Below are positions 12,241 to 24,020 of a stretch of DNA of 64,000 bases, piece by piece. The position numbers were made by a program, and so were the translations under genes. Each line of letters starts with the position of its first letter. Position 1 is the stretch's first letter. Where the stretch lies: the NCBI RefSeq assembly GCF_963506605.1, contig NC_083279.1, positions 39,742,001 through 39,806,000 of the forward strand. Reading direction: 5' to 3'. Below the pieces are notes generated by a model. It worked only from the letters and a program-made list of their open reading frames with translations, was not told the origin of the DNA and made no database searches. The stretch comes from Zootoca vivipara (taxonomy: Eukaryota).

Positions 12241-14201
12241 GTGGGTGTATACTTAGATGGCAATTATCACTTGCAAATACGTATCAAGTAACCACACCCA
12301 CTCTTGTGGACAGCAGGATCGAGAATCAATCTGGATTGAGAACATCATTTTGAGGACAAGCATTAGCGATTCTAGATTGAGGAAAAACTCCATTGTTCTG
12401 CTACTAATGGGTTTGTGTGTACACTGCCCAAGTACAGGATCCATGTGAAACCCACAAGCAGGACATGAGCACAACAGCATTTCTTACACAGATCATGCAG
12501 TGGGTATTGTGCCGTTGTTCCAATATTTCTAAGTCACAAAGAAAGAGGCTGAGATCTGGGTTGGTTTTATATTCTAGGCACACACCGCTAGATACTATCA
12601 AAACTTGAACAGCCTAACTCTTAAGATTGTATTCCATATCTTATGCCACACGTGTCTACAATGCAATATAAAATAGTAAACTTGTCACAGAATGTATAAT
12701 TTTAACCTCAGGCCTATAATGGAATTTTGCACTGATAGAAAAACAAACAAACAGATGTATTAGTAGGAAACATTTTATTACATGCCAACTATGTTTCATG
12801 GAGGGCATAACCAAAAAAAACGGCAGGGTAAAAATGATACCAGACTTCAGGTTTTAGACATTACTCAGAAGGCATGTTTTGGATTGTTAAATGATTTTGA
12901 AATCTCAGCTGCCTCTTCTAAAACAATGTCTGTATATTTGGGTGGGGGACTTGTGGTTTTCTAGGTGGTGTTGGACTACAACTCTGATTTTCCTGGACCA
13001 TTGGCCATGCTGGCTGAGTATGCTGAGAGTTGAGTGCAACATCTAGAGGGCCACAGCTTCCCTACTCTCATGTATATTATTAACTGACTTAATTATTATG
13101 TTGCCTCAGCTAACTAAGAAATACTTCAAGTTTCTGTAGAGCAGCTGAATTAAAAAGTCAGTTGAATGAATTTTGTTTTATAAATGCCAATCTGGATTAA
13201 AATACTGTTTCTATTGTTCTCTTCCAAAGATAGACATAGGACCAAAAAATCCTGCTTTCTTTCTTAGCTTCTTTTTCCTTCCTGTATTCTATTTAAACGT
13301 CTTCAGTTGCCTACAAAATGACTTCATTCTTTTCACATCTCTCTAGGCTCTTTTATCTGTCTGTGCTCCCCCCACCCCGCTTCTTTCATCGCTCCTTTGG
13401 TACATTCACCCTTAATAACCCCCCCTAATTATATCTGTCGTTCCCGGACTTCATCCATTCTACCCTGCTGCTACCTGCCATTGCAATTCTTTATCTCATG
13501 GCATCCATCTGGCTTCTACCGTTGGTGTATTTAAACACTGATAGAAACTCATCTCTTAGTACTGGCATTTCACTGATCTTGAACACCTCCCTTTCTACTC
13601 CTCTCTTCTTCCCCTTTGTGTATCTAGACTAAGTTGTAAACCAGAGGGCAAGGCCTCTATTGGTTTTTTTTTAGTGTTACATACAGAGCACTAGCTGTGG
13701 TCGGTACCCTAGAAATAAGCAAGTATAACAAAAGTGCTCATTAAGCACAACCAACATATTTTTATCGGTTGGCTTGACTATATATACCTAATTTATAAAT
13801 GATTATCTGGCTGAAATGTGTCCTTGAACTGTGAAAATGCTCTCACTTTGCCTGCATGGAGGAATGTTTGGCTTTCTGTGTATAGAACCTATCTGACTTT
13901 TGCGTAGCAGGAATGTAGCCTACTGTAGCAAGGTAAGATTTGCACCCATTGCTCTGCTCACTTCTGCCTCTGGCACGCAGCCCCCCTGAAAGGTTCTCCA
14001 TGAAGGAACGTGCTCCTTGGCCTTTAAAAATGTTCATCACCCCTGCATTAAACAGCATTTATTTTTTCTCTTCCCCTCAGTCTTTTGGACAAGATGCCTT
14101 CGTTTTTAAATTATTGATGCCCAAATAACTGCATTCTGTTGCACAGTCTTATGAAATTTATGTGTGTACATATCGAAGGAAAGCTCTCCTTTCTTCTGCA
14201 G

Positions 14202-14269
14202 GTCTTTAAGCTACGGTGCCATTGGAGTAATTGTTGGGCATGAGTTTACTCATGGATTTGATAATAACG
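14202..14269 (+). CDS. PHEX: PHEX coding exon 17 (68 bp): [22 protein letters not shown](G), zinc-binding HExxH
   Basis: ttcttctgcAG|GTCTTTAAGC...AATAACG|GTgagt; HEFTH is the PHEX form of the HExxH motif. Confidence 0.97.
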
Positions 14270-15127
14270 GTGAGTACTCAAACAGATGGCTTATCTATTG
14301 ACTAGAAAAGATAACTACGGACAGATCCAATGACATACATTTAAAGCACATCCAATGTACAGGACGTATCCCAGAGGATCCTGGGTACTGTATATTGTTA
14401 AAGAGGCTGGCGTTGGTAACTCTGTAATGGAGGGAAACTGTAGTCCCCAGGGTTCTTTGGGAGAAGTTATGTGTTTCAAATGTATCGTGTGGATTTGTAT
14501 GGTGGTGCAAGGAGACCTTGCCAAGCTGTCACTGCCATCAGTTGTCAAGCCCCTTCAAAGGGTAACTTTGTCAGGGAAGGCTGAGGGCAATCTCCCCTTG
14601 TCTTGTTTCTTTTTAATTTTTTTTGGAGAAAGCTTGAAAACTTCTGAAGTTTTTTTTTTTGTAGATTCCCTGAAGAAGCCTAAGGAGGGGGAAAACAAAA
14701 TGCTTTATAATGCAAATTGGGAAGAATATGTCCGATGCTTTTTTGTCTGTGACAGTACTCAGTGATACAGAGTACCTCTTCATGGCAGCCATTTTATGCT
14801 TGTACCAATGACACTTTTATCAAGAGTCCCAGCACCTCATTTATTTTATTTTTTGCCAAAGAAGCACTGAGTACCCCAAATTTCTTCCTTAGATGGAGTC
14901 TTTTAAGTGAATGTAACTCATAATGATGTTATACTCTCCCCTAGGGGGAAATGTCCACAAGAGCAAGAAATGGGTAGTTTTACCAATCTCTAGAAGAGTA
15001 GATTCATATAAACAAACGTGTGCGGAGTGGTTTAAGAAATGTGTCTGCTTTTATTTGCTCAATCCTCATGTTCACGTTAATTGTAAAAAAAATAATAATT
15101 TTCCTTTCTGAAAAACAAAAAATGCAG

Positions 15128-15258
15128 GCCGAAAATATGACAAAAATGGAAATTTGGATCCCTGGTGGTCTTTGGACTCTGAAGAGCAATTTAAAGAGAA
15201 AACAAAATGTATGGTCAATCAGTACAACAGCTATTATTGGAAGAAAGCGGGCTTGAAT
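15128..15258 (+). CDS. PHEX: PHEX coding exon 18 (131 bp): [44 protein letters not shown]
   Basis: aatgcAG|GCCGAAAATAT...TTGAAT|GTaagt; overlaps ORF 15154..15438. Confidence 0.96.
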
Positions 15259-15421
15259 GTAAGTGCAAGAGCAGTGATGGATGAAAATATGTTCTATCTT
15301 TTACAATATCATGGAAACCAGTTGGCTGTGGGGACAAAGCTATGGAGAAAATTATTATTATTTTATTATTTTATACACCTCTTAATTGCCAAAGTGACTT
15401 CTAATCAATTTACAAAAATAA

Positions 15422-15544
<123 letters not shown>

Positions 15545-15636
15545 TAAGCGCTCTCTCTCTCCACCCCCCCACATTGAGTAACAAGGGTTGATGAAATTTG
15601 CACCTAGTTAAATGTGTTCATTGTGCTTCTCATCAG

Positions 15637-15741
15637 GCCTATAGGAAGTGGATCAAAGAAAAGCGACAAGGAGAGGAAGAGGCCTTATTACCAGGCATTG
15701 ACTTCACCCACAATCAGCTCTTCTTTCTAAGTTATGCTCAC
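15637..15741 (+). CDS. PHEX: PHEX coding exon 20 (105 bp): [35 protein letters not shown]
   Basis: catcAG|GCCTATAGG...GCTCAC|GTgagt; LPG...QLFFLSYA motif. Confidence 0.96.
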
Positions 15742-16908
15742 GTGAGTAGTACAAGATGCCCTTTCAGAATGGATGTGTGTATTTAGCTGCTTGCTTAGTG
15801 GTGAATAGACAATTCTGGTGAATAGACAATTCTGCTTGATTACAAAAAGAACTTTGTTAATTCACAGCTTTTCTTGGAGTGTAGATCTGGGGGGAGCTAG
15901 CTGCTATCTCTTTTCCTTCTCTTTCCTACAAACCATACCTACTCAGAGATCGGCTGCCTTTGCACTTCATAGTAAACCGTAATTGATGGGCCTAGCATGG
16001 CTCTTGCTTGGTTCCTCCTGTGAGAGTAACAGAACCCTGGATTAGTGTTAAGCCAAAATGGAGGATCATGGTTTGTTTTGGTCCAAACAAACATGACCTG
16101 GAGCCATGACAGCTTGTTCATGGCTTCCTGATTGTGGTGGAACCAATTTGATGCTCCTGTCTGTGCACAGTCCTGACCTGGCCACTGCCTCGCCTCTCCC
16201 TGCTCCCAGTTAAGTGGCAGTGATGTTGCTTCCAGCAGGCTCAGGAACTTCAACTCTCTTGTATGGGCATGTATAAGTGTGTACAAGGTTGCGCTTGAAT
16301 ATTTTAGCTGACACTGTTCTGTTCATAGCTGTCTGGTCCTACAATACCAGTTGTAAACAGATTGATTTGAATGCTTTTTAATTTTTAGTGTCTAGATTGC
16401 CTCTTGCCTTGTTCTCTATGTTGATTGGATTATCTTTACATCGTATTGATGGCATGTGAATAGTTTTATTCATATTTTTGTACCAGTAATGTGTGTTTTC
16501 CTGGGGGGAAATGGAATGGGGAAATTCCTTAACTGTGCATGGGAAAATTTTCAGTTAGCATTTGAAAATTTCCTGGTGGCCCTATAGAGTGATCTAATTT
16601 AGTATGTTTATTTTACTTGTATTTAGTAAAAAGCTTTTTAAATAGCCAAGGTTGCCAAGGTGGTATTTACAGTTGGCATCCATGCATTGCAATTTATGAA
16701 CTTACGGAACAGAAAAATCATCCATGTAAAAATAAAGTGCTGGGGGAAAAAATGTTTTGAGCCCACAACTGTTTATGGATGTGACTCTGGAATCTTTTGG
16801 TGAAGGCTGATTGAGTAATATTTAAAATAAAAGAAATAAATGAACTATATTTAGGATTGTAGGCAGAGATAAATTCACCAGCATGTTGTTGTTGTTTTTA
16901 AATCTTAG

Positions 16909-16985
16909 GTGAGATGCAATGCCTTTAGACCAGAAGGTGCCAGAGAGCAAATCTACACTGGAGCCCACAGCCCTCCTCAGTTCAG
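16909..16985 (+). CDS. PHEX: PHEX coding exon 21 (77 bp): VRCNAFRPEGAREQIYTGAHSPPQF(R)
   Basis: aatcttAG|GTGAGATGC...TTCAG|GTattt; HSP motif. Confidence 0.96.
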
Positions 16986-17737
16986 GTATTTTAAAGTGTG
17001 TCTCTCTACCCCACAATATGGGGTATTTAATAGAGTACATAACAACATCATGGGTTGGATCCTATGTTGGTCCTCCATTCACAAGGGAGGGTGCAATTCC
17101 TTTCAACTTTGCAGCACCCCCCCCTTTTGCACCCAGTTTCCAACCCTTATCAGGGAGGGCAAACAATGGGCCACAGAGCAAAGTGGGAGGGAGAAACAAC
17201 CTGATCCATAAATGTGAACTCCGTTCTGTTGATAGAAAGAAATTTAAGTATTTCTTTTCCGCGACCAAGCTGTTTGACGTTGAATTTATGAGCATATGAT
17301 CTGGTTTTGTACCCTTACCCTTTCCAAATGTAGTATTATACATCCAACAGGTGTTCCACAGTAAAGTTTATTTTTTATTATCAAATCATTCAACACCCAA
17401 ATATACACTTGGCTCAATTTGGAGCCCTGCAAAGACATATGTCCTGGGTACAGAGGGGTCTCCGTAGGACATGAAATATTTTCTCCTGTCCTCATGGGTA
17501 TATGCGTAGGTGCACAGGTTTCTCATTGGGCCATCGCAGAGAAAGGGAGGAGGAATACTCGCTGGTCGGTATCCTGCTAAGTGGTTCAGCTTGTGCAATG
17601 GAACTTTTCTCCTCCCCACATGCCCACCCTTCCTAAATCTGCTCCGGGAGGTTGGGAGGAAACCCATAACATATTTAGTGGTTGCACAGTAAGGGGAAGA
17701 TCTTCCTATGTTCTTAAATTTCTAAAATGCCCATTTA

Positions 17738-18740
17738 CAGTGGTGCCTCGCTAGACGAATGCCCTGCTAGACGAAAATTTCGCTTAACGAAAGGATTTTC
17801 TGATCGGAGGTTGCCTCGCTGTACGACAATGTTTTCTATGGCCACCGCTTCGTCTTGCGAAGCGTGGCCATAAAAACCTCCGATCAGAAAATCAGGGCAT
17901 TCATCTAGCGAAAGGGGAACCAGCTATAGCAAGGGAAGAAGGCTTCCTTTCCCTGCTGCAGCTGGTTCCCCTTTGTGTTCCGCTGGTCTCTGCCCTGGCA
18001 GAGACCAGCGGAACACAAAGAGGAACTAGTAGGGGAGGAACTAGGTGTCCCCCGCTTGCCTTCGCCGAGAAAGCCAGGCGCTTTCTCGGGGAAGGCAAGC
18101 CCCCTACGATCCCCCGCTGTGTGTCGGGGCAGGATGGGGGGGGGAAACGCAGGATCTTTCCTGTCTTTCCCCCCCATCCCGCCTGTCACACAGCGGGTAT
18201 CGTAGAGGGCTTGACATCCCGCCTGTGTGACAGGCGGGATGGGGGGGAAAGACAGGAAAGTTCCTGCGTTTCCCCCCATCCTGCCCCGACACACAGCGGG
18301 GGATCGTAGGGGGCTTCTCAAGCCCCCTACAATTCCCCGCTGTGTCGGGCTTCCCCGGGTGCTTCAGCTGGGGGGGGGGAGGCAGGGAGATGGCAACAGC
18401 CCGGGAAGCTGCGGGCTGTTGCCGTCTCCCTGCCTGCTTCCCCGAGCCGTAGCGCATCGGGGGACAGAGCCAAAGATCGGCGGGCACTGTTTGCTGAGGT
18501 TGACAAGCCCCACAAGCAGCACCCGCCGATCTTTGTATGACAGGCGGTGGGGAAGGCAGGCAGGCAAGAGAGCAAGCGCCTGCCTGCCTGCCTGCCTTCC
18601 CTGCCGCCAGTCCCCTGGAACCCATAGGAACGCATTAAGTTTCAATGCATCCTATGGGAAACTGGTACTCGCTAGACGAAAATTTCGTTTCACAAATTGA
18701 CCCGTGGAACGAATTAATTTTGTCTAGCGAGGCACCACTG
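17738..18740. mobile_element. Non-autonomous Tigger/pogo-like DNA transposon (~1 kb)
   Basis: 19-bp perfect TIR CAGTGGTGCCTCGCTAGAC, TA on both sides, GC-rich palindromic interior. Confidence 0.9.
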
Positions 18741-19035
18741 TACCACAATTTGAGGATAAAAGAGAAACATCAGAATAGTTAAAATGGGGGTATACTTACC
18801 TTTTAAGATTAGAAAATATATAGAATAATCATAGAATTGGAAGGAACCATGAGGGCCATCTAATCTAACCCCCTGCAATGCAGGTATAGTTTCCCAATGG
18901 GGGGTTCAAACCCATGAGTCATATGCTCTACTGACTGAGCTATAATTTGGCAATAAGAGTTTGGCACTGAACCAACACAATTCAGTTATGGTACAATATT
19001 TGAAAGGTACCATACCAAACATGTGAAAATATATA

Positions 19036-19830
19036 CCCTATTTTTCGCTCCATAGGGCGCACCTCATTTTTAGTGGAGGAAAACCAGAAAAAACCCTTTT
19101 TTCTGGTTTTCCTCCTCTAAAAGGCTGGGAGGGGGGAATTGGAGGGGGAGCGAAGGAGGCAGTGGAGGGACCAGTCCGGTTTCCGCTGCCTCCCCCGCCC
19201 CCTTCCGACACCGGCTTTCTCGCTGAATGTGGGGGGAGGCGGAGGAGATGCTGCTGGTTGCTCCCTGCCAACCCCATTTGCAAAAACAAGCCTGCTTTCA
19301 CGAATGGGGTTGGCGGGGAAGAATGAGCAGCATCCCTCCACTGCCCCCCACTCCTTGCTGAACATGGCGGAGGCACGAGGTAGCGGAGGAGATGCTTCAC
19401 GGAGCAGGGAAGGAGGGGCGGGCAGCGGGCGGCTGCCGCCCACCCCTCCTTCTCTGCTCCCTGTCAAACTTTTATTTCCCCCCCCCCGGCTGCTCTTCCT
19501 CTCCCACCCCATGCACCGCCCCCGCTTCTGATGCTTGAAAGAGCAGGGTATGCAGCCAGGGTTGAGAGAAGCACAGCGAACCAAAGTGCCTCTCTCATCC
19601 CCAGCTCTGATCTCTTATGAGCGTCAGAGGTGGGCAGGATCAGAGGTGGGGGGTGGACGGAGGAGCAGCTGAAAGGAGCCCTCCATCCGCCCCCCGCTTC
19701 TGCTGCCGCCTGCGCAAGCCGCCCGAGATCCCATTTCCTGCTGCGCGCGGCTCTGGCTTGGAGAGCCGTGCGCAGCGGGAAACCGGTTCTGGGGCCGCCT
19801 CCTTGACAGCGGGTGGAGAGGAGGATTGGT
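19036..19830. mobile_element. Tc2/pogo-like non-autonomous element, one terminus visible
   Basis: TA|CCCTATTTTTCGCTCCATAG terminus resembles the 20703 end; shares an internal motif with 20370-20460; right end approximate. Confidence 0.55.
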
Positions 19831-19985
19831 GCATTTTAAATTGTTTAAAATTGGGAGTTCCTGCTGCACTTTACAAGTTTATATTGGAACAGTTCTTTGC
19901 AAGATCGTTTGCATTTCTACTTAAAAGTTAAAAGTTGCATTACTTTTCAGCTGTCAGGTATGTGTGTGAGAGTGTACACACATTA

Positions 19986-20703
19986 CCGTATTCTTCGCTT
20001 CATAAGACACACTTTTCCCCTCCTAAACAGGAAGGGGAAATGTGTGTGCGTCTTATGGAGCGAAGGCTACCCACTGCTCAAGCAAAGCAGGAGCCCTGCG
20101 CAGTGGGTAAGCGGCTCTCCACCCGCCTGCTTGACAGCAAGCCAGGAGGGCTTCTCCCGGCTCGCTGTCAAGGGGGCGGACCCAGAGCCACTCCTTTTGG
20201 GGCTCTGAAGAGCCGGCGGCAGCATCAGCATGCTCCTTCCAGGATGCTGATGCTGCCACCGGCTCTCCCAAGAGTGGGGAGCAGCCGCGGTTGCCCCTGC
20301 CAGAGCCAGCTCGTCCCTCTCCCCCGCTGTTGACAGCAGGCACAGGACCCATCCTGGGGTTCGGAGAGGCACTTCTCGCTGAACGCGGGGGAGGAGATGC
20401 TGCTGGCTCCTCCCCACCGCCTCCGTTCGCAAAAAAACAAGGCTGCTTTTGCGAACAGAGGTGACTGGGAGGAGCCAGCAGGCTGGCTTTAAAGCCAGCG
20501 GCAAAGGGGCGAAGGAGGAACGTTCCCCCACGCCCCATTGCCGCTGGCGGAGGGGGAACGTGCAGCCCAAAAGCTGCTTTCTCCTCCTCTGTAGCTGCCA
20601 CCACCAGGTTTGAGGCGGAGTAATTTTTTTCTTGTTTTTCTGCTTTTAAAAAAAATAGGCGCGTCCTATGGTCCAGTGCATCTTATGGACCGAAAAAATA
20701 CGG
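19986..20703. mobile_element. Tc2/pogo-like non-autonomous DNA transposon
   Basis: TA|CCGTATTCTTCGCTTCATAAGAC ... TCTTATGGACCGAAAAAATACGG|TA; imperfect TIRs, TA TSD. Confidence 0.8.
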
Positions 20704-20804
20704 TATGCACTGTTTGTAAAAATTCTACAAAGAGAAAACAAAATAAAATTGGCAAAAATAAATATTTGAAAAACAGATGAAAACACTCACCAACATTCTA
20801 CATA

Positions 20805-21100
20805 CAGTGGTGCCTCGACTTACGAATTTAATCCGTTCTGAAGGCACCTTCGTAGGTCGAAAAATTCTTAAGTCGAAAAGCGCCATTGGAAACGCGATTT
20901 CCCATAGGAATACATTAGAAACGGAAACATTCGCAAGTCGAAGCAACCCCATCTAAAAATTTGTAAGTCGAAAAACTCCTACCTAAAACTGTTGCGGTTT
21001 CCGTTCGGATGTTGAGAAATTCGTAAGCGTGCGGCCATTAGCCCCATTCATAAGCCGAAAAATTCGGTTGTCGAGTCGTTTGTAAGTCGAGGTACCACTG
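20805..21100. mobile_element. Tigger-like MITE (296 bp)
   Basis: TIRs CAGTGGTGCCTCGACTTACGAA / TTTGTAAGTCGAGGTACCACTG; TA TSD. Confidence 0.9.
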
Positions 21101-21523
21101 TATCTGGGTAAGCTAGTCTAAATAAAAATGTTTTTAGCAGGCACCAAAAAGAGTACAGTGAAGAAACTAAAATATCAATTTATTAGCCACACAGAATGGG
21201 CATTATGGGGGACCTGTAACAGTGCCAGTTCAGCAGATTGAAGTGGTTGAGTGGGCTATGGCACTCTCACCTTGTATATGTTATATACATGTGTCTTTTA
21301 AAAGAGGCCCCGTGGAACATGTGTACTCTGTATCCATGGGGCCCCTTTTAAAGGACTGACCCTGTACATATAATATATAATATATAGATCAACACAGGTG
21401 GATCCCATTCAAGCTATGATAGAACACAGTGTCCAAACTGGATACCTCATGAATTGGAAGAAACAACATCTCCAAAAGTCTGGAGAGGAGTCCACTTATC
21501 TTTCTTTTCTCCCTCGCCTGCAG

Positions 21524-21626
21524 AGTTATTGGTGCTATGAGTAATTTTGAGGAGTTCCAGAAAGCTTTCAACTGCCCAGAAACAACAACAATGAATCGAG
21601 GTGGAGACTCCTGTCGGGTTTGGTAG
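21524..21626 (+). CDS. PHEX: PHEX terminal exon 22, coding part: [34 protein letters not shown]
   Basis: cctgcAG|AGTTATTGGT...TGGTAG; M13 C-terminal CxxW followed by the stop codon. Confidence 0.96.
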
Positions 21627-23048
21627 CAATCTCTCCAGTGTCCTATGCTGAAGAAGTCACTTGCTGGAATCAGTTCCAAACTGTTAATGAGCTACCGCGG
21701 CTTCAGAACAGCCTTGGCCAACCAAGGGACCAGATTTGTTGTTTCGTGACCTGCCCAGCTCTACTACTTAATTGCTTGTTCAGGATATAGAAACTATTCA
21801 AAATATAGAGTATAAAAAGGGCAGATCTTTTCAGAGAAATGTATGCAGATGGATTGTTTATGGGTTATTTTCATAAATACATTCCCCTCTGTGATTTAAG
21901 CAGGTTTATCTCTATGTATCTTTATTCTGAAGCTTGTCCCACTATATTCATTGGGTTTTACTCACATGCAAGTGTAGTCATATTGCAGGCTTAAGTTAAC
22001 AAGGTTTAAATGGCACACTTGCGCTTTACAGAATAGTGGACAAACTTGGTGTGGTAGCCATGATGCTGTTTTAAGTGGAGGGAAAACATCCAAAACGTAT
22101 CTTTTCTAATGTTTTTTTTCCCCCTTGATCAAAAATAGCTTTGAGATTTTGAAGTAAAGGAAGAGAAGATTAAAATGTGGCTGCTTTATCCTTTCCTACT
22201 CTGCTGTTTTTCCTGTTCAAAATTCCACTAACCCTCTGAGCTGTTTCTTCCCTGGTGGTAAAAAAAAAAGAAAAGATTATCCATGTGATAATCTGGTCTG
22301 GACTTCAGGTACGGCCTTCCTGTGTTCCATCCTTTCTTGAATGCATATTGTATGCTATCACTATTTCCACATTCCTCTAGGCAGAAGAATGTGGAGTAGT
22401 GCTGTGTAAGGTTACATAAATCTTAATTCTAAGTCTGAGGCAAAAACGGTTACTAAGACCAAAATGGAAAGAGGAATTATTTCTTGTTCGCTTCACTAAT
22501 TTCACTTCCTACCCCTCCCACCCTATAACTTTCAGCCATCCCCCTCTGCTCAAACGTTGGCTGATAATGCCTTACTGCATATAGGAACTAGGACCAGAGC
22601 AAAGGCAGATTTCTCTCTTCAGCAGGGAACCACTGCTATAAAAGCAGAAAGCAAATATCTGACTCCACATTCTGATCTTTCCTGTAACCATGCTGATTCT
22701 GCCCATTGGTTGTAGATCCTGGATGTTAAACTCATTAAAAGAACTGTGAAATGTATAGTTCAGATTAAGGAAAAGCCCCACCCCACCCCGGATACCAGCA
22801 TCTCTTTAGGGGTTTGGTTGTACCTGCAGTGGTTTAGGCACATATAAAACCTTCAGTACATATATATAGTCAGGGCTGAATGTAGAAACTCATGTTTCCA
22901 CTGAAATCAATGGGATTAAGTCAGGAATAACTTATCCCATTGATTTCAAATACAGTAGGAGCTATGGGTTAGGCTGCAATCCTAATCCCACTTATTTGAC
23001 AGTAAGACCCATTGAATTCAATAACAGGATTTACCTCTGAGTAAACAG

Positions 23049-23180
23049 TGGACAGTGTTCTTGAAGCTACGAACATGAGTCTGGCCAAACTGCGGGAGGC
23101 AGTGGAAGACAGGAGTGCCTGGCGTGCTCTGGTCCATGGGGTCACGAAGAGTCGGACACAACTAAACATAAACAAACATA
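23049..23180 (+). mobile_element. BovB extreme 3' fragment in the probable PHEX 3' UTR
   Basis: Closely matches the reverse complement of 3365-3490 (TGGACAGTGTTCT...GTCACGAAGAGTCGGACAC). Confidence 0.9.
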
Positions 23181-23334
23181 ATTAGGATTACCTTTACACA
23201 TACTCAGACTGTTGTAGGTGTACTGTGAAAGGAGCAGCATTCCTGCTGCTGAAGGCAATGTAAAGGATTAAAGAGTTGTAGCCGGCTTCTCATTTTTCCC
23301 GCCATTTTCGTCGTCGTTACATAACTACTTCAGG

Positions 23335-23340
23335 AATAAA
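23335..23340 (+). terminator. Candidate PHEX polyadenylation signal AATAAA
   Basis: First AATAAA after the stop codon; ATTAAA about 20 nt downstream, then T/GT-rich tracts. Confidence 0.5.
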
Positions 23341-23702
23341 TACAGTAGTACAGGATTAAAACATATGTGTTCTGAATGATTGTTGTATACAATTTTTTTG
23401 CGCATTTATTTTTAAGGGGATGGAAATGACTGCTAATTTGTTGAAGTAGAGGGATTTTGTAAACTATATAATATAATAAAAGCTTTCCAGAATACCATGA
23501 CTCAGTCATCTTCTCTTGCGATATTCATTTTTATGGTGTGTCGTTTTATAGTGGATATAGTTCTCTGTGTGTTTTCATGGTGTAAACGGGGGAGGGGGCA
23601 GGGAGGAGGCAGAGTACACAAGTCTAAAATAAGAAGCAAATAACTGTTGCAGGGGCATTCTCAATGTTATTGTTTTATGTGTCATGGGTGAACAGGAATA
23701 TA

Positions 23703-23808
23703 TACAGGTAGGTAGCCGTGTTGGTCTGCCATAGTCGAAACAAAATAAAATTCCTTCCAGTAGCACCTTAGAGACCAACTAAGTTTGCCATTGGTATGAG
23801 CAAACTTG
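23703..23808 (-). mobile_element. Penelope-like terminus fragment
   Basis: TACAGGTAGGTAGCCGTGTTGGTCTG...GGTATGAGC, near-identical to the 5323 and 33584 copies. Confidence 0.7.
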
Positions 23809-23889
23809 AGCTTCACACCATGTTAGTGCATATTTATTTTTTAAAAGATGTTTCTAATTGTAGGAACTGGAGTTGCCAAAGATTACAGT

Positions 23890-24020
23890 GCTGACCACAT
23901 GACCTGGAAGCTGTCTGCAGACAAATGCCGGCTCCCTTGGCCTATAGAGTGAGATGAGTGCCACAACCCCAGAGTCGTCTGTGACTAGACCTAATGGTCA
24001 GGGGTAAATTTACCTTTACC
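23890..24020 (+). mobile_element. Sauria SINE 3' fragment
   Basis: Matches the reverse complement of 1985-2105; ends in the TTTACCTTTACC tail. Confidence 0.8.

Larger units (their letters stand above)
21627..23360 (+). other. PHEX: Probable PHEX 3' UTR (end approximate)
   Basis: Runs from the stop codon to the first canonical AATAAA (23335-23340), which is followed by T/GT-rich sequence. Confidence 0.55.

Noticed and set aside
17901-20604. Many overlapping 100-180 aa ORFs on both strands
   Set aside because: They lie inside TIR-bounded GC-rich non-autonomous transposons, are low complexity, and show no DDE or HTH motifs
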